Of a stretch of DNA of 64,000 nt, positions 38,740 through 52,800 are shown in pieces. Origin of the DNA: Podospora anserina (Eukaryota); contig CM030332.1 in assembly GCA_017654855.1 (NCBI GenBank), forward strand, positions 1,426,001-1,490,000, in the 5' to 3' direction. The notes under the pieces are model-generated. The model saw only the letters and a list, made by a program, of their open reading frames with translations, was not told where the DNA came from and did no database searches. Numbering within the stretch: position 1 is the stretch's first letter; every line of letters begins with the position of its first letter. A program made the position numbers and the translations under genes.

Positions 38740-40530
38740 TTACTGTGAACTCCCCCCATCCCCACTCCAAACCCCCTCCTTGCACAGCAGCGCCACCTTC
38801 TTGAAAAACCTCCGCCACTCTAGCGGGTCACCCTTCACCTTGACAAACCTAACCTCGTGCAGCATCACCTCCTGGCCCTCCTCGTCAGACATGCTCGTCA
38901 TCAGCCTGTACTTGTCCACCAGCACCTCCCCGTGCAGGCTCTGGTTTCTCCCGTCCACCGTCTTCACCTTTAGCGTCGCCACGTGGTCCGACTCCGGGTT
39001 AACACTACCACCGATTTGAGCCGGTTGCGGCACGTTGAGCTGGTGAAGCGCGTCGCTGAGCATCTGCACGAGCAGCACCGGCGGCACGTGCGAGAAGAAT
39101 CTTGTCAGCGAGTATGAGGGGATGATGTCCCTGAACTGGCGGGCGTGCTGGGTCAAGGACAATGGGATGCCTGGGATCTGCGAGAACTGGCTCATGGACG
39201 GGTCATCCGACAGAGCGGAGAGGGCGGCCAGGGCCAGGTTTCGATTGGGATGCCGGCTTGATGGCGGAGGAAGGATGGAAGCAGCATCGCGGGGAGCCAA
39301 CGGCTGCGTCGAGGAGATGATGGCGTGAGTACCCAGTGTTCGGAGGGTTGGCCGTTCCCAATCGAAGGCTGCATCTGTGATGGGAGTTTCGGGTTGGGTG
39401 GCTGGGAGTTTGGTAGTCCACGAGCTGGAGGGCTGGGAATCGAGGTCCATTGCTTCTGGTTGGGAAGCACGCTGGGAGGGGGTTGGCTCTGCGCTGAGAT
39501 CAATGCGTAGGGCGGCCAGCATTTTGGTGGCCAGAGCCAGAGGATCTGACACCTTGCCGTCGGCGGCGAGGAGGGGGTTGTGACGGGTGTACCATGGGTG
39601 CTGGCGAATTTGAGCAAAGCTAAATCGTCTCTGAGGTTCAATGTTCATCATGCCTCGGAGGAGGGATAATGTGTTGGGGGGAATCCTCTGCCATAGCTGA
39701 TCTGTACTCCGCCCATGCGTCCGTACGTACTCCTGAAACTCCCAACTTCCAGTTGTTGGCTCGTCCCATGGTGTGTTGCCCACCAAAAGCACAAACAAAA
39801 TGACGCCACAAGACCAGATGTCGACCAGATCCGCCGAGTATTTCTGCTGGTCAGGCGACCTCTTATCTGGCCTGGCACACTGCAGTACCTCGGGGGCGAT
39901 GTATGGGGGGCTACCGCACATGGTGGCCGTCTGCTTCCGTACTCCCTTGTACTCAAACATGGTCGACATGCCAAAGTCGGCAATCTTGAGGTTGCCTGTG
40001 TCTGACAAAAGAATGTTCTCGGGTTTGAGGTCCCGGTGGGCTACCCCCTTGGAGTGCATGAAGCTGACACCAGCGATTAGTTGCAAGAAGTACAGATGCG
40101 CAATGTCTTCCTGAACGCCGACATCCGCCTCGATCTTGTCAAAAAGATCACCTCCTTCGGCAAACTCCATGGCGATCCATCTCCAGACGGCATCTTCGCC
40201 AGTAGCGAACCACTCGATGATGTTGGGGTGCTGGCCGATGTGAGAGTGCAATGACACCTCCATGGCGATTTGCTTGGCTGATATCCGCCCATGCTTGACA
40301 GCGTAACCCTTGTGGATCAGCTTGACAGCAAAGACTGGTGTTGGTGCATCCAGAGGAATCGCCTTTTTGATGCTGGTTGATCAGAGTCAGCTGGTGGGGT
40401 CCTACCCTGGTGTAAGTGAGATGGGTGCGGGAAGAATAACTCACGATGCATATGCGCCCCTTCCTATCGTCTTGGAGATGATGCGGAAGGGCAAATCGTT
40501 TGGAAGCGGGTCTAATTGTGACTGTTGCAT
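38740..40530 (-). CDS. CHK1: DNA damage checkpoint kinase Chk1
   Basis: IGRGAYA, FAVK, HRDLKPENILL, DFG, CGSPPYIAPE and the C-terminal KA1-like motifs LTRFFS and KGDPLEWRRFFK. Intron 40444-40373. Confidence 0.93.
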
Positions 40531-40788
40531 TTTTGAGAGCTGTTTTTAGTTGATGTGATCCGAAACTGATGTCCAAAGTTATGGCGATGGAGGTGTCCCA
40601 GGCAGCATCGCGGGGTATCCCTTGAGCCAGAAGTGGTATTATTCAAAACAAAAGGCAGGGACGGGGGTATCAAAGAAAGAGTACAAAGATACAAGGCAAG
40701 TGAGGAAGGCTGAGTTCAATAACAAGCCGATAGTAAGCGGAAGTAAGTTGCACTTACCATTTTCTGAGTGCTGTTTGGATGAAATATG

Positions 40789-40810
40789 ACGCGTCTTATA
40801 AAGTTCGCGT
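40789..40810. promoter_or_regulatory. MCB-like elements in the CHK1/E2-C divergent promoter
   Basis: ACGCGT at 40789-40794 and TCGCGT at 40805-40810. Confidence 0.45.
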
Positions 40811-41312
40811 ACCCGTGTAAAGTGTATGTATCTTGATGCGCTCAAAGAGTGGAGTGGAGGGCAAAATGTTTTGTCTGGGCACAACAGCCAAAGGCACGCT
40901 CTGATTGGCTATGGCACAAGGGTTGCGCTGGGACCAGGCCGCTCTTGGCCGGCAGTGGTTGCTAGAGAGTCTCCAGCTTGTTACCTAGCGGGCTGGTGGG
41001 GGCAGGCAAAGTTGGGTCTTTCTTGTAAACATTCCTCTTGGGCTCTATGACCTTCAGACGCCGCTCCGCCAAAACTCACGAGGCGCCTTCCATCTCTTTC
41101 CTGAAAGCAAATACCAACCTCCTGCGCACCATTTGACATCATAAGCCCTCCAATTCCTACGAAGCTGACGCCCCCGCTGTTGCAGGTACGCAATCGACCT
41201 CTCTTCCAGACCAGCCTCTTCTGCATCGACCCGCTTAGGTATATTAACCTGGATCCTGTCGCAGCATACGCCAAAGACATTCTTTACTCTTACGCCCGTC
41301 TTTGTCGACATC

Positions 41313-41981
41313 ATGTCTTACATGGATGACACCCAGAACTCGGCCCCGGGAAGCCTACCAGCCAGCAAGGCCGCCACCGGTGCTGCTACAAGCAAGAAGG
41401 TCAACGAGAATGCGACGAAGAGGTGAGCGTCGCGTGGACGGTGTGGTGGAAGACTCATCATGGCTGACAACATGGGCCCGAAGACTGCAGAACGAGCTTA
41501 TGCAAATGATGACCTCACCTGCCCCTGGCATCTCCGCGTTCCCCTCGGCCGACGGCAACCTGCTCTTTTGGCGCGCTACCATTGAAGGTCCCGAAGACAC
41601 GCCATATGCTGGCCTCAACCTCAAGCTCAGCTTCGAGTTCCCTGCCAACTATCCATACACGCCACCCACCGTACTTTTTATCACACCCATTTACCACCCC
41701 AACGTCGACTTCTCCGGCCGCATCTGCCTCGACATTCTCAAGGACAAGTGGACGCCTGCCTACAACACTCAAACGGTGTTGCTGAGCTTGCAGTCTCTCT
41801 TGGGCGAACCAAACAAGTAAGACCATGTGTTCTGCCGATATCTGGCAAGGAAGTGTTTGAGATTGCTAACAGAAACAGCGCTTCCCCCCTCAACGGCGAG
41901 GCTGCCGAACTCTGGGACAAGGACCCAGCTCTTTTTAAGACCAAGGTCATGGACCGTCATAAGGATATTGAGGAGGACTGA
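41313..41981 (+). CDS. UBC11: Ubiquitin-conjugating enzyme E2-C (UbcH10/Ubc11 type)
   Basis: KRLQNELMQMM...PGISAFP, YHPNVDFSGRICLDILKDKW, SLLGEPN|NASPLNGEAAELW. N-terminal extension typical of E2-C; two introns. Confidence 0.9.
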
Positions 41982-42509
41982 ATAGACAAAACTAATCAAT
42001 GAGTTTACGACACACGCATCTGCATTTTCTTTTGCCTGGGGGAACGGAGTCATGACGGCGTGTTTGCTGTTTGTTGTCAAGGTGGAAATCAAAGGCGTAC
42101 TTGGTTCCTGAAGTTAAGGATTGCATTCCAGGGGGGGGGGGTTGGTACATGGATTTCTCGCATCGGCGCTGCCTGCTTGCAGAGTAACTCCTCAAGTACA
42201 TCGAGCATTGTTTTTTGCAACGGACATTGTCGTCCACGAGCGTATCACTTTGAGATATACACTCCAGCGTATCACTCTGAACAAAGGTTTCTTTCCCAAC
42301 GCAAGCTCCAGCTCCAGCTCCTTCACATGTCGTTTGGGTTGGTTTGGTGAATTGGTTTTTTGGTATCGGAGGTGCCGTTTTTACGAACCCATCTATTCGT
42401 AATAGGAAGCTAGAAGCCATGCGTAACTCCGTAAAATCCCAATGCCGCCCTGAACCCGAACCACGGCCCGTCCTCAATCCCACTTTTAATTGTTGCCGAC
42501 AACCAAAAT

Positions 42510-43092
42510 TTACTCCTCAACAACGACGGTGTGGAGGCCCTTGGGGTTCGTGACGTTGACGGCCTGGACGTAGCTGTAAAGCTTCTCCTTGGCGCCCTCC
42601 TCGTCGTTACGTTTCCGGGAGATGCGGACGCGGAGTCTGTAAGGAACGCCCTTGACACCCTGCTCCCAGACCTTCTTGTTCAGCTGGGGGTCGAGGCGGA
42701 CATCGGTGGTGCCCTGTAACATGACATCTCAAGTCAGCTTTTCTGTCCTATGCCACCACACACACTTATCATCCGGAATCTCGAGCTGGGAAGGGCGAGT
42801 GGTTTCGTGTGCCGTGAACGGGAAGTCGTCGGGATAGTGGGAAGGTTTCTGCGGTCGAACGTACCATGGCCTTGTAGGCAAACTCCTTGATCTCCTTGAT
42901 CGCCTTGGGAGCCCGCTTCTTGAAGGTCACGCCGTGGAGCTGTCCATCGAGTCAGCAATTCAATTCTTCCATCGACTATCGCCCTCGTTCGACTTGACAT
43001 ACGCGCTTGTGGAGGTGGATGGTGTACTCGCGAGCCACAACGTCGGCGATGGCCGAACGCTGGGTCTTTCCGGAGGGCTTGGTGGACGACAT
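42510..43092 (-). CDS. RPL31: 60S ribosomal protein L31 (eL31)
   Basis: MSSTKP...[55 protein letters not shown]...[12 protein letters not shown]. Two coding introns plus a 5'-UTR intron. Confidence 0.96.
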
Positions 43093-44020
43093 TCTGGTGG
43101 GAGGTGAGTTAGCCGCTGCACAGCGTCTCTGTTGGTTTCTGCAATAGCGAGCAGAAAATAAATCGAGTCGAATCGAGGGGGAAACTGCCAGCAATTACGT
43201 ACTTCGGAGACGTGGGATCTCTTGCACTCGGAATCGGGTTGAGTGGTGTCGTGAGGTCGCGGGCTTTTGCTGGGTTCAATAAACCTACCTCTGGGGAATT
43301 TTGCACCTGGTTTTTCCGCGAATTCTGTCTGGTGCGCCGACCACTGGGCTCAAGGCACTCGCGTAACTGCCCTAAAGTGGAATGGCGCCTGTGCTCTTCC
43401 AGCCCCACCTTCACCTTACACCGCCAAGGTTCTGGCGGTCGGTAGCCCACTGGCAGACAGCTGCCCAGGTGTCATCTCGGAATGGGCCAATCATGACTCC
43501 ACAGCCAATCTCAAAAGATGAATTGGCGCTGGAAGCTTGAGTGGAAACTCCTGCTCATCAGACTCTCATGCGTGCAGGGGCAGCCGTGCGCCTTGGAAGC
43601 TCTTCATGCCAACTCCTGCGCCCGCCTGTTCCAGGTCTCAACGACATTCCATCATCGCCAGTCTCTGCGCGACCCGACACTGTTCCCTGGTGCGCTGAGC
43701 GCACTTGTCACTCTTTTCGTACGCCCTCAGCAAATTCGTACTAATTTTCCGCACTACCTCATCGACCGACCCCAGCTACCCGGCGACACTTGAAAGTTAC
43801 CACTCTACCCGAGCAACATCCTCAGCGACCCTCCCTGAAAAGTCAATTTACGCGGTCACCTCAAAACCGAGCTCTTCCAACTCTCCAACGTCAATTCACG
43901 AATCACACCCCGAACTAGCGACGGCTTTCCCCAGGACCACGCAAAGCTCCGTTTGACGCTGCGATCATTCTTTTAATCATTTCCTGTCGACTTTATTAAC
44001 GGCAAAGTCGACTGGCGAAA

Positions 44021-45227
44021 ATGAACGACCCGATGGCATCAACACCCTCACCGGTGCCCGATTTGAATCGGAACCGACTACCCACCCTCTTCGAAGTCTT
44101 GAGTCGACGGACATTGCCCCCTGTCGATTTGTTCTCCTTTTATATTTATATGCGGGACCAGCAGCGCTCTGTCGACTATCTTGATTTCTGGTACGTCAAC
44201 TGGGGAGGGCGTTTGTAGCACGAGTATTGTTTGCTAACAAGGGATCGTAGGCTTGATGTCGCCCAGCACATGTCCCTGTGCCGCCACTATGTTCGGGAGC
44301 TGCGCCGATCAGTTTTGGTGGGTACCCCAGATTTGGACAAGACGTCCAAACGATCTTCGGCCATCTTGGAAGGCCTAGGTGACCTGAACCACTCGGCCGC
44401 TGGGCCGTCCATGTACGCGACGGAGAAGGAAAGAGATCAGGATGCTCAGATGTCAATGTTTTTGCGGGAAGATAGGAACCCCCACGATTCACCACACAGC
44501 AGCAATGGGAGACGCGCTCGGGCAAGCACCAACCTTAGCAGCACCCCTCGCGAACCTAATACCGACTCAAACTCTCCGGCTCACACAGTTGCCCGGCAAG
44601 ATATCAGAGCTTCCGCCGAGAAGATCCTCTACACTTTCCTTCTTCCCGGTGCGGAACGCGAGATAACGCTCCCGGGTTCAATTACCCAGGATGTTACGAC
44701 AGCAATCGAAGAGTTCGGGCGAGATGACCCAGAGGTTTTCGATGTGGCCAAGGACTACGTTTTCCAAGCGATGGAGCGAGATGCGTTCCCCGGCTTTCTT
44801 AGAATGAAGGCCCTTGGAAATCTTATCCCACCAACACTGATCATGAGACTCATCTTTGGCTTGGTCTCCATGTTTGGCGGTTTCTGGGCTGCGTTCATTT
44901 TGATATTCCTCAATAAGGACCGAATGACTCGCTGTTGGGTATGTATCACTCCTTTCTGCATGTACAGAGCTCAGCGCTAACACCCTTCAGCTCATCCTCC
45001 CCTTCACACTAGGCGTGTACTTTCTCGCCTCCTACCAATACTCACTCGACCCAGTCCTTGCCCTTCTCGGGTTCAGCGAGTACACCCCCTTCAACTTCTC
45101 CAGAATACGAGAACCATATGTCCGAAAGCTCCTCGCCCGACGAGCCATCATGGTACTCGCCGTGACATTGCTCGTCGATGCCGCGTTATGTGTGCTGTTT
45201 ATCCTGGTGCCCGGCAAACGACTCTGA
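44021..45227 (+). CDS. RAX1: Rax1, RGS-domain bud-site/polarity membrane protein
   Basis: NRLPTLFEVLSRRTLPPVDLFSFYIYMRDQQRSVDYLDFW, GRDDPEVFD, three C-terminal TM segments ending VPGKRL. Introns ~44191-44250 and ~44939-44990. Confidence 0.9.
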
Positions 45228-46589
45228 ACCCCGAGCGAGAAGAACGTTTCGGGAGTTTGACCAGGCTGGTTTCCATTCTCACTCTCGAAACCAAAGTACA
45301 CGCAAGAACAGCATAGCGTAGCATCTTCGAAACCACCTTAATCCCACGGCCGCCAAAGCAACTCTTACGAGATATATTCCGTCCTAGGGTAATGGATTTA
45401 ACGAGGCAGGAGCATTTTCTTTTTTTCTCGTATTTTTCGTCGTCTTTTTTTCTTTTTACTGGCTTTTCCCTTTTTTTATGACGAAGTTATGAGGTTCTGT
45501 AGCCAAACTAGGAAATACTAGTTTCAAAAATGGGTATTTTCTCCTCGGGATTGCTTTTTATTTTCTGATTTATGGAGGGGTATGGATGGTCACATCTGTA
45601 GTCTCTGTCGCTGTTGTTGTTGTTTTTCATTTCATCACATTCATTTCGCGTACCAGTTTTTTTTAGAGAGCAAATCATGTAACTTTTTACTATTAGGGCA
45701 ACAACAAATGGGGGGATGAAAGGTGGGTTGGGGGTGGAATGGAAGGGGGAAAGGTGTTTAAGAGTAGGGGGGTATTCGGCGCTGGGCTAAATTTCAGGTG
45801 TTCAGGATAGTGAAACTTTGCATGCTTTTTTTTATTTTTTTATTTTCTTTTCCATATCTTCCTTTGCTTTGTTGAGAAACGGGGGTTGGTGGTGGTTGTA
45901 ATGTACGATTTTTAGAGAGGGTGGGAGATCGGATAGTAGCTGAAGGAAAAAAGATTTGAATACAGGATTGCTTGGTGGTGATGAGATGTGACGGCCATGA
46001 GGCCCGACACAGGACGCCCATACCGCGGACGAGAAACAGAGATATCTGTTGCTCCGAGCCAAGGCCCTGATATCTATCTGATGGTGTCTTTCTCGCATTC
46101 TGCACCCCCTCCTCATGTTTCTGCTGCTTTTTCCTTCCCTCTTTCTCCTCTTAACTTTGAGTTCCTCTTGACCTTGCAGTTTGAGATTGTTTTCTTTTCA
46201 ATACTTTGCTAGGGTGAGTTGAGACACTTCTATATGCAATCCACACGCAAAGAACCTAAAAAACTTGCTTGTATTTCAGGGCTTACTTCGTAACCAGTCT
46301 GGTTCTCTTTACAACGGAATCTAAAGCTGATACGGAGCTACTCAGACCACGCATATCAACGTCACCGAACACCCCGGCGGCCATCCTTCTCCAAAACAGA
46401 AGACACATTGATTTGGTAGTATTGCTAGATCCACAGCATCAAAAATCTTCTGCAAGAATGCGTATTACTACGCTTCCCGAATTTACCCCCGACAAGGCTG
46501 CCGATTTATGCCCACCTACCCTGCCGTTTCGACAACCTCACAATAACCAACACTACCAACCCCAACCCCAATATGAACCCAGCTGTCCT

Positions 46590-47948
46590 CTACTGACCAG
46601 CCCCATCTCTCGCCGCCATATCCTTCAACGAGTTCTCTACCGCCTGAGCAATCATATCCCACTCCTCCGTATCCGTCATCGACACGTCGCCCGACCCTCC
46701 TCCGCTCAGCTGTAACCCGGCCGGTGAATATCGAGCGCCTCCTGCAGGGAATCCGCCGCCGAGATCTGGTTGCCCTGGCCCCGCTTGATCTTCTCGTTGT
46801 GGTGCCGAAGGAACTGTGCTGCTGCCGTCCGAGTCATCAGTCAGCATTCTCTTCAGAGAGTTGTTTGGATGATGATGATGAGAAGCAAATGTCTGGACGT
46901 TGTGCGGGTTGTAATTGCCGTAGGCAGTAGTAGAAGCGTCCTGGGCGGCGTACTGGGGGACAGCTTGAGAGTGGTAGTAGTTGTTCCCGGGGTTCCAGTT
47001 GAAAACTCCCCCAGCGCCACCACCGCCTCCAGCAGCCGGATAGCCATGCGGCTGTTGAGAGTCATGGAGAGACTTTTGTTTCTTGTGCTGCTGCCTGTTG
47101 CCGAGGTTTCCGCGACCATATCCAGATGTGTATCGGGGTGATGAGGAGAAGGAGGGGTAGAAACCTTTTTTGCTCTTGTCATTCTTGTTTCCAGTCTCCT
47201 GTTCCAGGAGCTTCTCTGTTGTCTCTTGCCAGGCCGCTTCTTGCGCGGCACGGCGGTCGGCGTCGGCGCGGAGCTGGTCCATTTGTGCCGAGAGGGAGCT
47301 CAGGGTGGTATCGCAACGATCAGCCCAGGCTTGGAGGCTGGAGAGGAGCCCGCCAATGGCGGTGGGGGCGACATCTCGGAGAGGAGCAACGCTGTTGATC
47401 TGGACGAGGGAAGCCTTGGGCTTGAGCTGGCCTTTTATGAGGTCGGCGTAGATGGAGCTGATCACAAGCTCCTCCAGAGATTGCCGGGTGGGCAGGTCGA
47501 GAGCTCTTTGGAGGGACGAGTAACTCAAGGCCGGCTCGGTCCCATGGCCGTTGTTTTGGTTGGCGAGTGTCAGAAGAGACAGCTGACGGAGCTTCAGTCT
47601 CTGGGCATCGTTCAACTCGGGAAGACCTGCGGTGGACTTGTACGTTTCGTAGGTGCCATAACTAAAGATCTGGAGGAGTGTGAGGTATGGGGCAAGCTCT
47701 GGATTCGAAGCAAGAGCTTGGATCTGAGGAGTCTGTAACAACTCGGTGAAGATGTATGTATTCGGGGCCGAAGTCGCGCGGGAGATGAGGTCGGCGGCAG
47801 CGCGCGGGGAGGTGGCCGACTTGGTGAGTGCCAAGAAGGGCTACACAATAGGTGAGCAGGGTGCGGGGTGGGATACCATCGATGTAATCATGCCTATGGC
47901 GATGACGAAACCTACCTCGAGGGCATTGAGAGCTTTTGCCTGTTCCAT
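46590..47948 (-). CDS. CSN7: COP9 signalosome subunit 7 (PCI domain) with long C-terminal extension
   Basis: MEQAKALNALE|PFLALTKSATSPRAAADLI...TYIFTELL...LLQIFSYGTY...KLRQLSLLTLA...LEELVISSIYADLIKGQL...PLRDV. Intron 47915-47841. Confidence 0.88.
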
Positions 47949-49803
47949 CTTGGAAACTGTCTGAAGAACTCCGAGATCCTGCTTCAACCTGTCAAATCAG
48001 AAACACAGTCGGAGGTGGTGTTACTTGGGAATTCGGGAAAACGTTCAACAGATGATTCCTAACTCTTGGGTGGTTGAGAGCTGGTGGTTGTAGCTGGAAG
48101 GCAGCCTTGCAGCTGCGAAGTCATGGTGGGGCTCAAACAGAGCTGTTGACAAACCTGGGGTAAGGCTGGGATTATGTTTGCGCTTGCCCCGCGCTGAACA
48201 AATGTGGCTTCCAGGTTGCACAACCACTGGCGTTTCGTGTTCCTGCATTACGAGCCCGCTCAGGATACGTAACCACGAATAACTCCGCAGAAACGCAACA
48301 GGAGACATGTACCAGTCGAGCCATTTTGCAATTGTTGTCGTGCCACTTCCATTGGGCTTCTAGAAGATGACCCACCGTTTTCTGACCTGAAGTTTAATGT
48401 GCAGGGGATTCCCACCGCAGGGTTTGACCTGCTACAAGCGGGAGAACGTCCGGATCGAAGCGGATCTTATCGACAAGAGCAAGGGTTCTCGTGTCCACAG
48501 CTTCTGAATCCGCGACGTTGCCGAGAAGAGCGAGAAGAGCGCACAGTGCGCCTTGTCGCTTGGGTCTTTCCCAGGAACCTCGTGCCGTCTCTCTTGTACC
48601 CGCATGTGCGTCAATATTCGACCGAACATCACGTACTAGAGACTGGCACAAGCTGCAGTTGATAAGACTATTGGATTTATTGCTTCCTACGGGGCGGGCG
48701 GTGGGTGTGACCATTCAGACCGCTCAAAATAGATTGCAAGAGGACTGCCGTCTTCGACACTGACCGAATGGTGGCCAAGTTTTAGACCCCGCGTCTGTAA
48801 CTGTTCTCGATCTGGCAGGTTCTTTCTGACTGTGTTGTGTCCCCCTGATCTTGAGAGGATGAAGAATCGCGTGAGCATGCCCGTATTTCGGCGTATTCAT
48901 CCACCAAGGCTTGACCAGCATTCAGCGGGATGGAAAAGTCACCCGTCCTCCCGGACGCAGTGGGTGTTCCTGGCGGCGCGGCACATCCATGCCCACCCAG
49001 GCTACGAAGATCGAGAAACGTGCTCATTGTCACAGCCCGCACCTGAGCGGCTGGACACAGTACCAACTCGAATCCGGAGACAGATCGTCAAACCTGCGGT
49101 GCCTGTTTTCAGCCCACCCTCCACGTGCAGGGGATCCCAATATATGCTGTGTTTCCGTGTTGCTTGCGTCCATTCTAGCCAGAAGTTTGTAATACTTTCA
49201 CTATAAAACAACCAATCTGGCCTCTGTGGCCTTGGAAACACTCGGCAGATATCGCTAGCAGCACTTACAAGAACTAAACGCAGTTAGTCGCATAGTGCGC
49301 CAAACACTGTATCACCATCCAACAGGGGCGTCCTTTGGGGACCACTGGGGGCCGTCAACGCTGACAAACTCGGATCCGACGCTGCCGCACTTTGCGATAT
49401 CTGGCACTTTGCCTTCCTTTAACGCGCTCCTCTCCATTCACCAATCCTTCCATCTCATTTACCTTTGCCGTCGGGTACCGTTTCGTTTTTTTGCCTTGCC
49501 TTTCTTGTACATAAGCAGCCCGCCCCATCTCCGCGAGGTGGCCTCGTTACCTATGCGTTATCTTTGAACGGTCAAAGCATTCGTTTCACATCCACACTAC
49601 TTTTCAAATGTTATAGCCTCCGAAGAAAACGAGTAAGACCGTGATCTCGGCGTCGCATTCGACCGGCCTGTTTCTCTCCAGAGTCGCAATCGATTTCCGA
49701 ACTTCACCCTGGCCACCGAGTAGTTTTGTGGAGGAGGGAGGACGAGCACCTATCAACCTATTCACTACTCCAGTATTACACGATATCGGGTGCCACCACT
49801 ACA

Positions 49804-52800
49804 ATGGCCCCTCCTCAATCACAGTCGCTATCAGCGCCCCCCGCGCACATGGCTACTACGACACTGAAGGTTGAGGGCATGACGTGAGTAGTCATAGCGG
49901 TCCAAAACCGTGGTGCTGTGCTGGTCTCTAACTGTCTCCGTAGCTGTGGCGCATGCACCTCAGCCGTTGAAGCGGGCTTCAAAGGTGTCGATGGAGTAGG
50001 AAATGTGTCGGTCAGTCTGGTCATGGAAAGAGCGGTGGTTATGCACGACCCCCAAAGAATATCCGCCGAACAAATACGAGAAATCATCGAAGACCGAGGA
50101 TTCGACGCCGAAGTACTATCTTCAGACCTCCCGTCGCCGGTTGCGCCGCGCAACTCGTTCGGCGTATTTCCTACGGACGATGGCCCGGCTATGATGGTCA
50201 CGACGGTCAAGATCGAAGGGATGACGTGCGGCGCTTGTACATCTGCGATCGAAGGCGGGTTCAAGGACGTCTCCGGGGTAAAACACTTTAGCATCTCGTT
50301 GCTGTCAGAAAGGGCAGTGATTGAGCATGACCCGGCGCTTTTGGCTGCTGATGCGATTTGCGGGATCATTGAGGACAGGGGGTTCGATGCCGAGGTGTTG
50401 GAAAGTACGGAAAAGCAACAAGAGGCGGATGCGCTGGTGGACTCGGGCAAAACAGCATCAACAGCCGCCACCACGACGGTTGCGATCGAGGGCATGACTT
50501 GCGGAGCGTGTACCTCGGCCGTGGAGGAAGGGTTCAAAAATCTGGACGGAATTCTGCGCTTCAACATCAGTCTGCTTGCGGAACGGGCAGTGATCACCCA
50601 CGACCCAATAAAAATTCCAGCGGACAAGATCGCCGAGATCATTGAAGACAGGGGGTTTGACACCAAGATTCTGTCAACGGTTTTCGAGTCTTCGGATTCA
50701 TCAAGTGGAGGCTCATCAACCGCCCAGCTCAAAATTTATGGGAACTTAGACGCTACGGCTGCTCAGGGGCTTGAGGAGAAGCTGTTGGCGCTGCCTGGCG
50801 TCAGCAGCGCAAAGCTTGCTCCGAGTTCATCTAGACTAACGGTTGTGCATAAGCCAAACGTCACAGGCTTGCGCGTGATCGTGGAAGCTGTCGAAAACAC
50901 GGGTTTCAACGCCCTGGTAGCTGACAACGACGACAACAATGCGCAGCTGGAATCACTCGCCAAGACCAAGGAGATCAACGAGTGGAGGCGCGATTTTAGG
51001 ATCTCTCTATCGTTTGCAATACCAGTGTTCATCATCAGCATGATTCTACCCATGTGTGGGCCCCTGGACTTTGGGTCTATCAGGCTCATCCCGGGTCTCT
51101 ATCTCGGCGACGTCATCTGCCTGGGTCTCACGGTGCCTGTTCAGTTTGGCATCGGCAAGCGATTCTACAAGTCAGCGTACAAGTCTATGAAGCATGGCTC
51201 ACCCACTATGGACGTGTTGGTCGTTCTGGGTACATCCTGCGCCTTCTTCTTTAGTGTCATGGCCATGTTGGTTTCGATCCTTATGCCTCCACACACTAGG
51301 CCAGCCACCATCTACGACACCAGTACCATGCTTATCACTTTCATCACACTTGGTCGCTTCCTGGAGAACCGCGCAAAGGGTCAGACTTCCAAGGCTCTGT
51401 CCCGGCTGATGTCGCTGGCCCCATCTATGGCCACCATTTACGCTGACCCCATCGCTGCGGAAAAGGCTGCTGAAGGGTGGAACAAGGAAACATCTGCTGG
51501 TGACGCAAACCAGCCCCTGGATGGTTCTGCCGCTGAAGAAAAGGTCATTCCTACTGAGCTTATTCAAGTGGGAGACATTGTCATTCTCCGACCTGGTGAC
51601 AAGATCCCCGCAGACGGTACCCTGGTCAGGGGTGAGACCTATGTTGACGAAAGCATGGTCACCGGCGAGGCGATGCCTGTGCAAAAGACCAAGGGCAGCA
51701 ACGTGATCGGTGGAACCGTCAACGGCCATGGGCGTGTCGATATTCGCGTCACCAGGGCCGGCCGTGACACCCAGCTCAGTCAAATCGTCAAGCTTGTCCA
51801 GGACGCGCAGACCAGCCGCGCTCCTATCCAGCGCTTGGCTGATCTCCTTGCTGGTTACTTCGTTCCTAGCATTCTGTTCCTTGGTCTCATGACGTTCCTC
51901 GTCTGGATGATCCTCAGCCATGTCTTGTCCCACCCGCCTCAAATCTTCCTGGAGGAGGCCAGCGGCGGCAAAATCATGGTCTGTGTCAAGCTCTGCATCT
52001 CGGTTATCGTCTTTGCCTGCCCTTGCGCCCTCGGCCTTGCCACTCCCACCGCCGTCATGGTCGGAACCGGCATTGGCGCTGAGAACGGCATTCTCGTTAA
52101 GGGCGGCGCGGCTCTCGAGACCACCACCAAGATTACCCAGGTTGTTCTTGACAAGACGGGTACACTTACCTACGGCAAGATGAGCGTGGCCAAGACGACC
52201 ATCGTCTCCGCATGGGAAAACAATCAATCCGTCCGCCGTCTCTGGTGGACCATTGTTGGTCTTGCCGAGATGGGCTCCGAGCACCCAGTTGGCAAAGCCG
52301 TCTTGGGCGCCTGCCGCACCGAACTCGGTCTCGGACCCGAGGGCACAATCGAGGGCAGCGTCGGCGACTTCACAGCAGCTGTTGGGAAGGGCATCAGCGC
52401 GCTCGTCGAGCCGGCCGTCGGTGGAGAAAGAAAACGGTATCAAGTCCTCGTGGGCAACGTGAAGTTCTTGAGAGAAAACAACGTTGATGTCCCCGAGTCG
52501 GCTGTTGAAGCCTCGGAGAAGATCAACACCGCAGCCAACTCTTCCTCTTCCTCCCCTTCCTCACCCGCCCCCGTCCGTAAAGCTCAAGCAGGCACAACCA
52601 ACATCTTCATCTCCATCAACGGCTCCTACTCTGGCCACTTGTGCCTTTCCGACACCATCAAGGAAAACGCCGCCGCCGCCATCGCAGTCCTCCACCGCAT
52701 GGGTGTCAAAACCGCCATGGTAACCGGCGACCAGCGCCCCACCGCCCTTGCTGTCGCAGCCGCGGTTGGGATCCCCCCCGCGGACGTCTACGCTGGCGTG

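Noticed and set aside
42715-42864. Possible intronic C/D snoRNA in the RPL31 intron
   Set aside because: Only a degenerate C box (ATGATAA) is present, and the CTGA coincides with the branch site; no terminal stem.
48000-49750. Short ORFs and possible copper/iron response elements between CSN7 and CCC2
   Set aside because: No convincing ORF, and no clear Mac1-type TTTGCTC or paired GATA motif seen.
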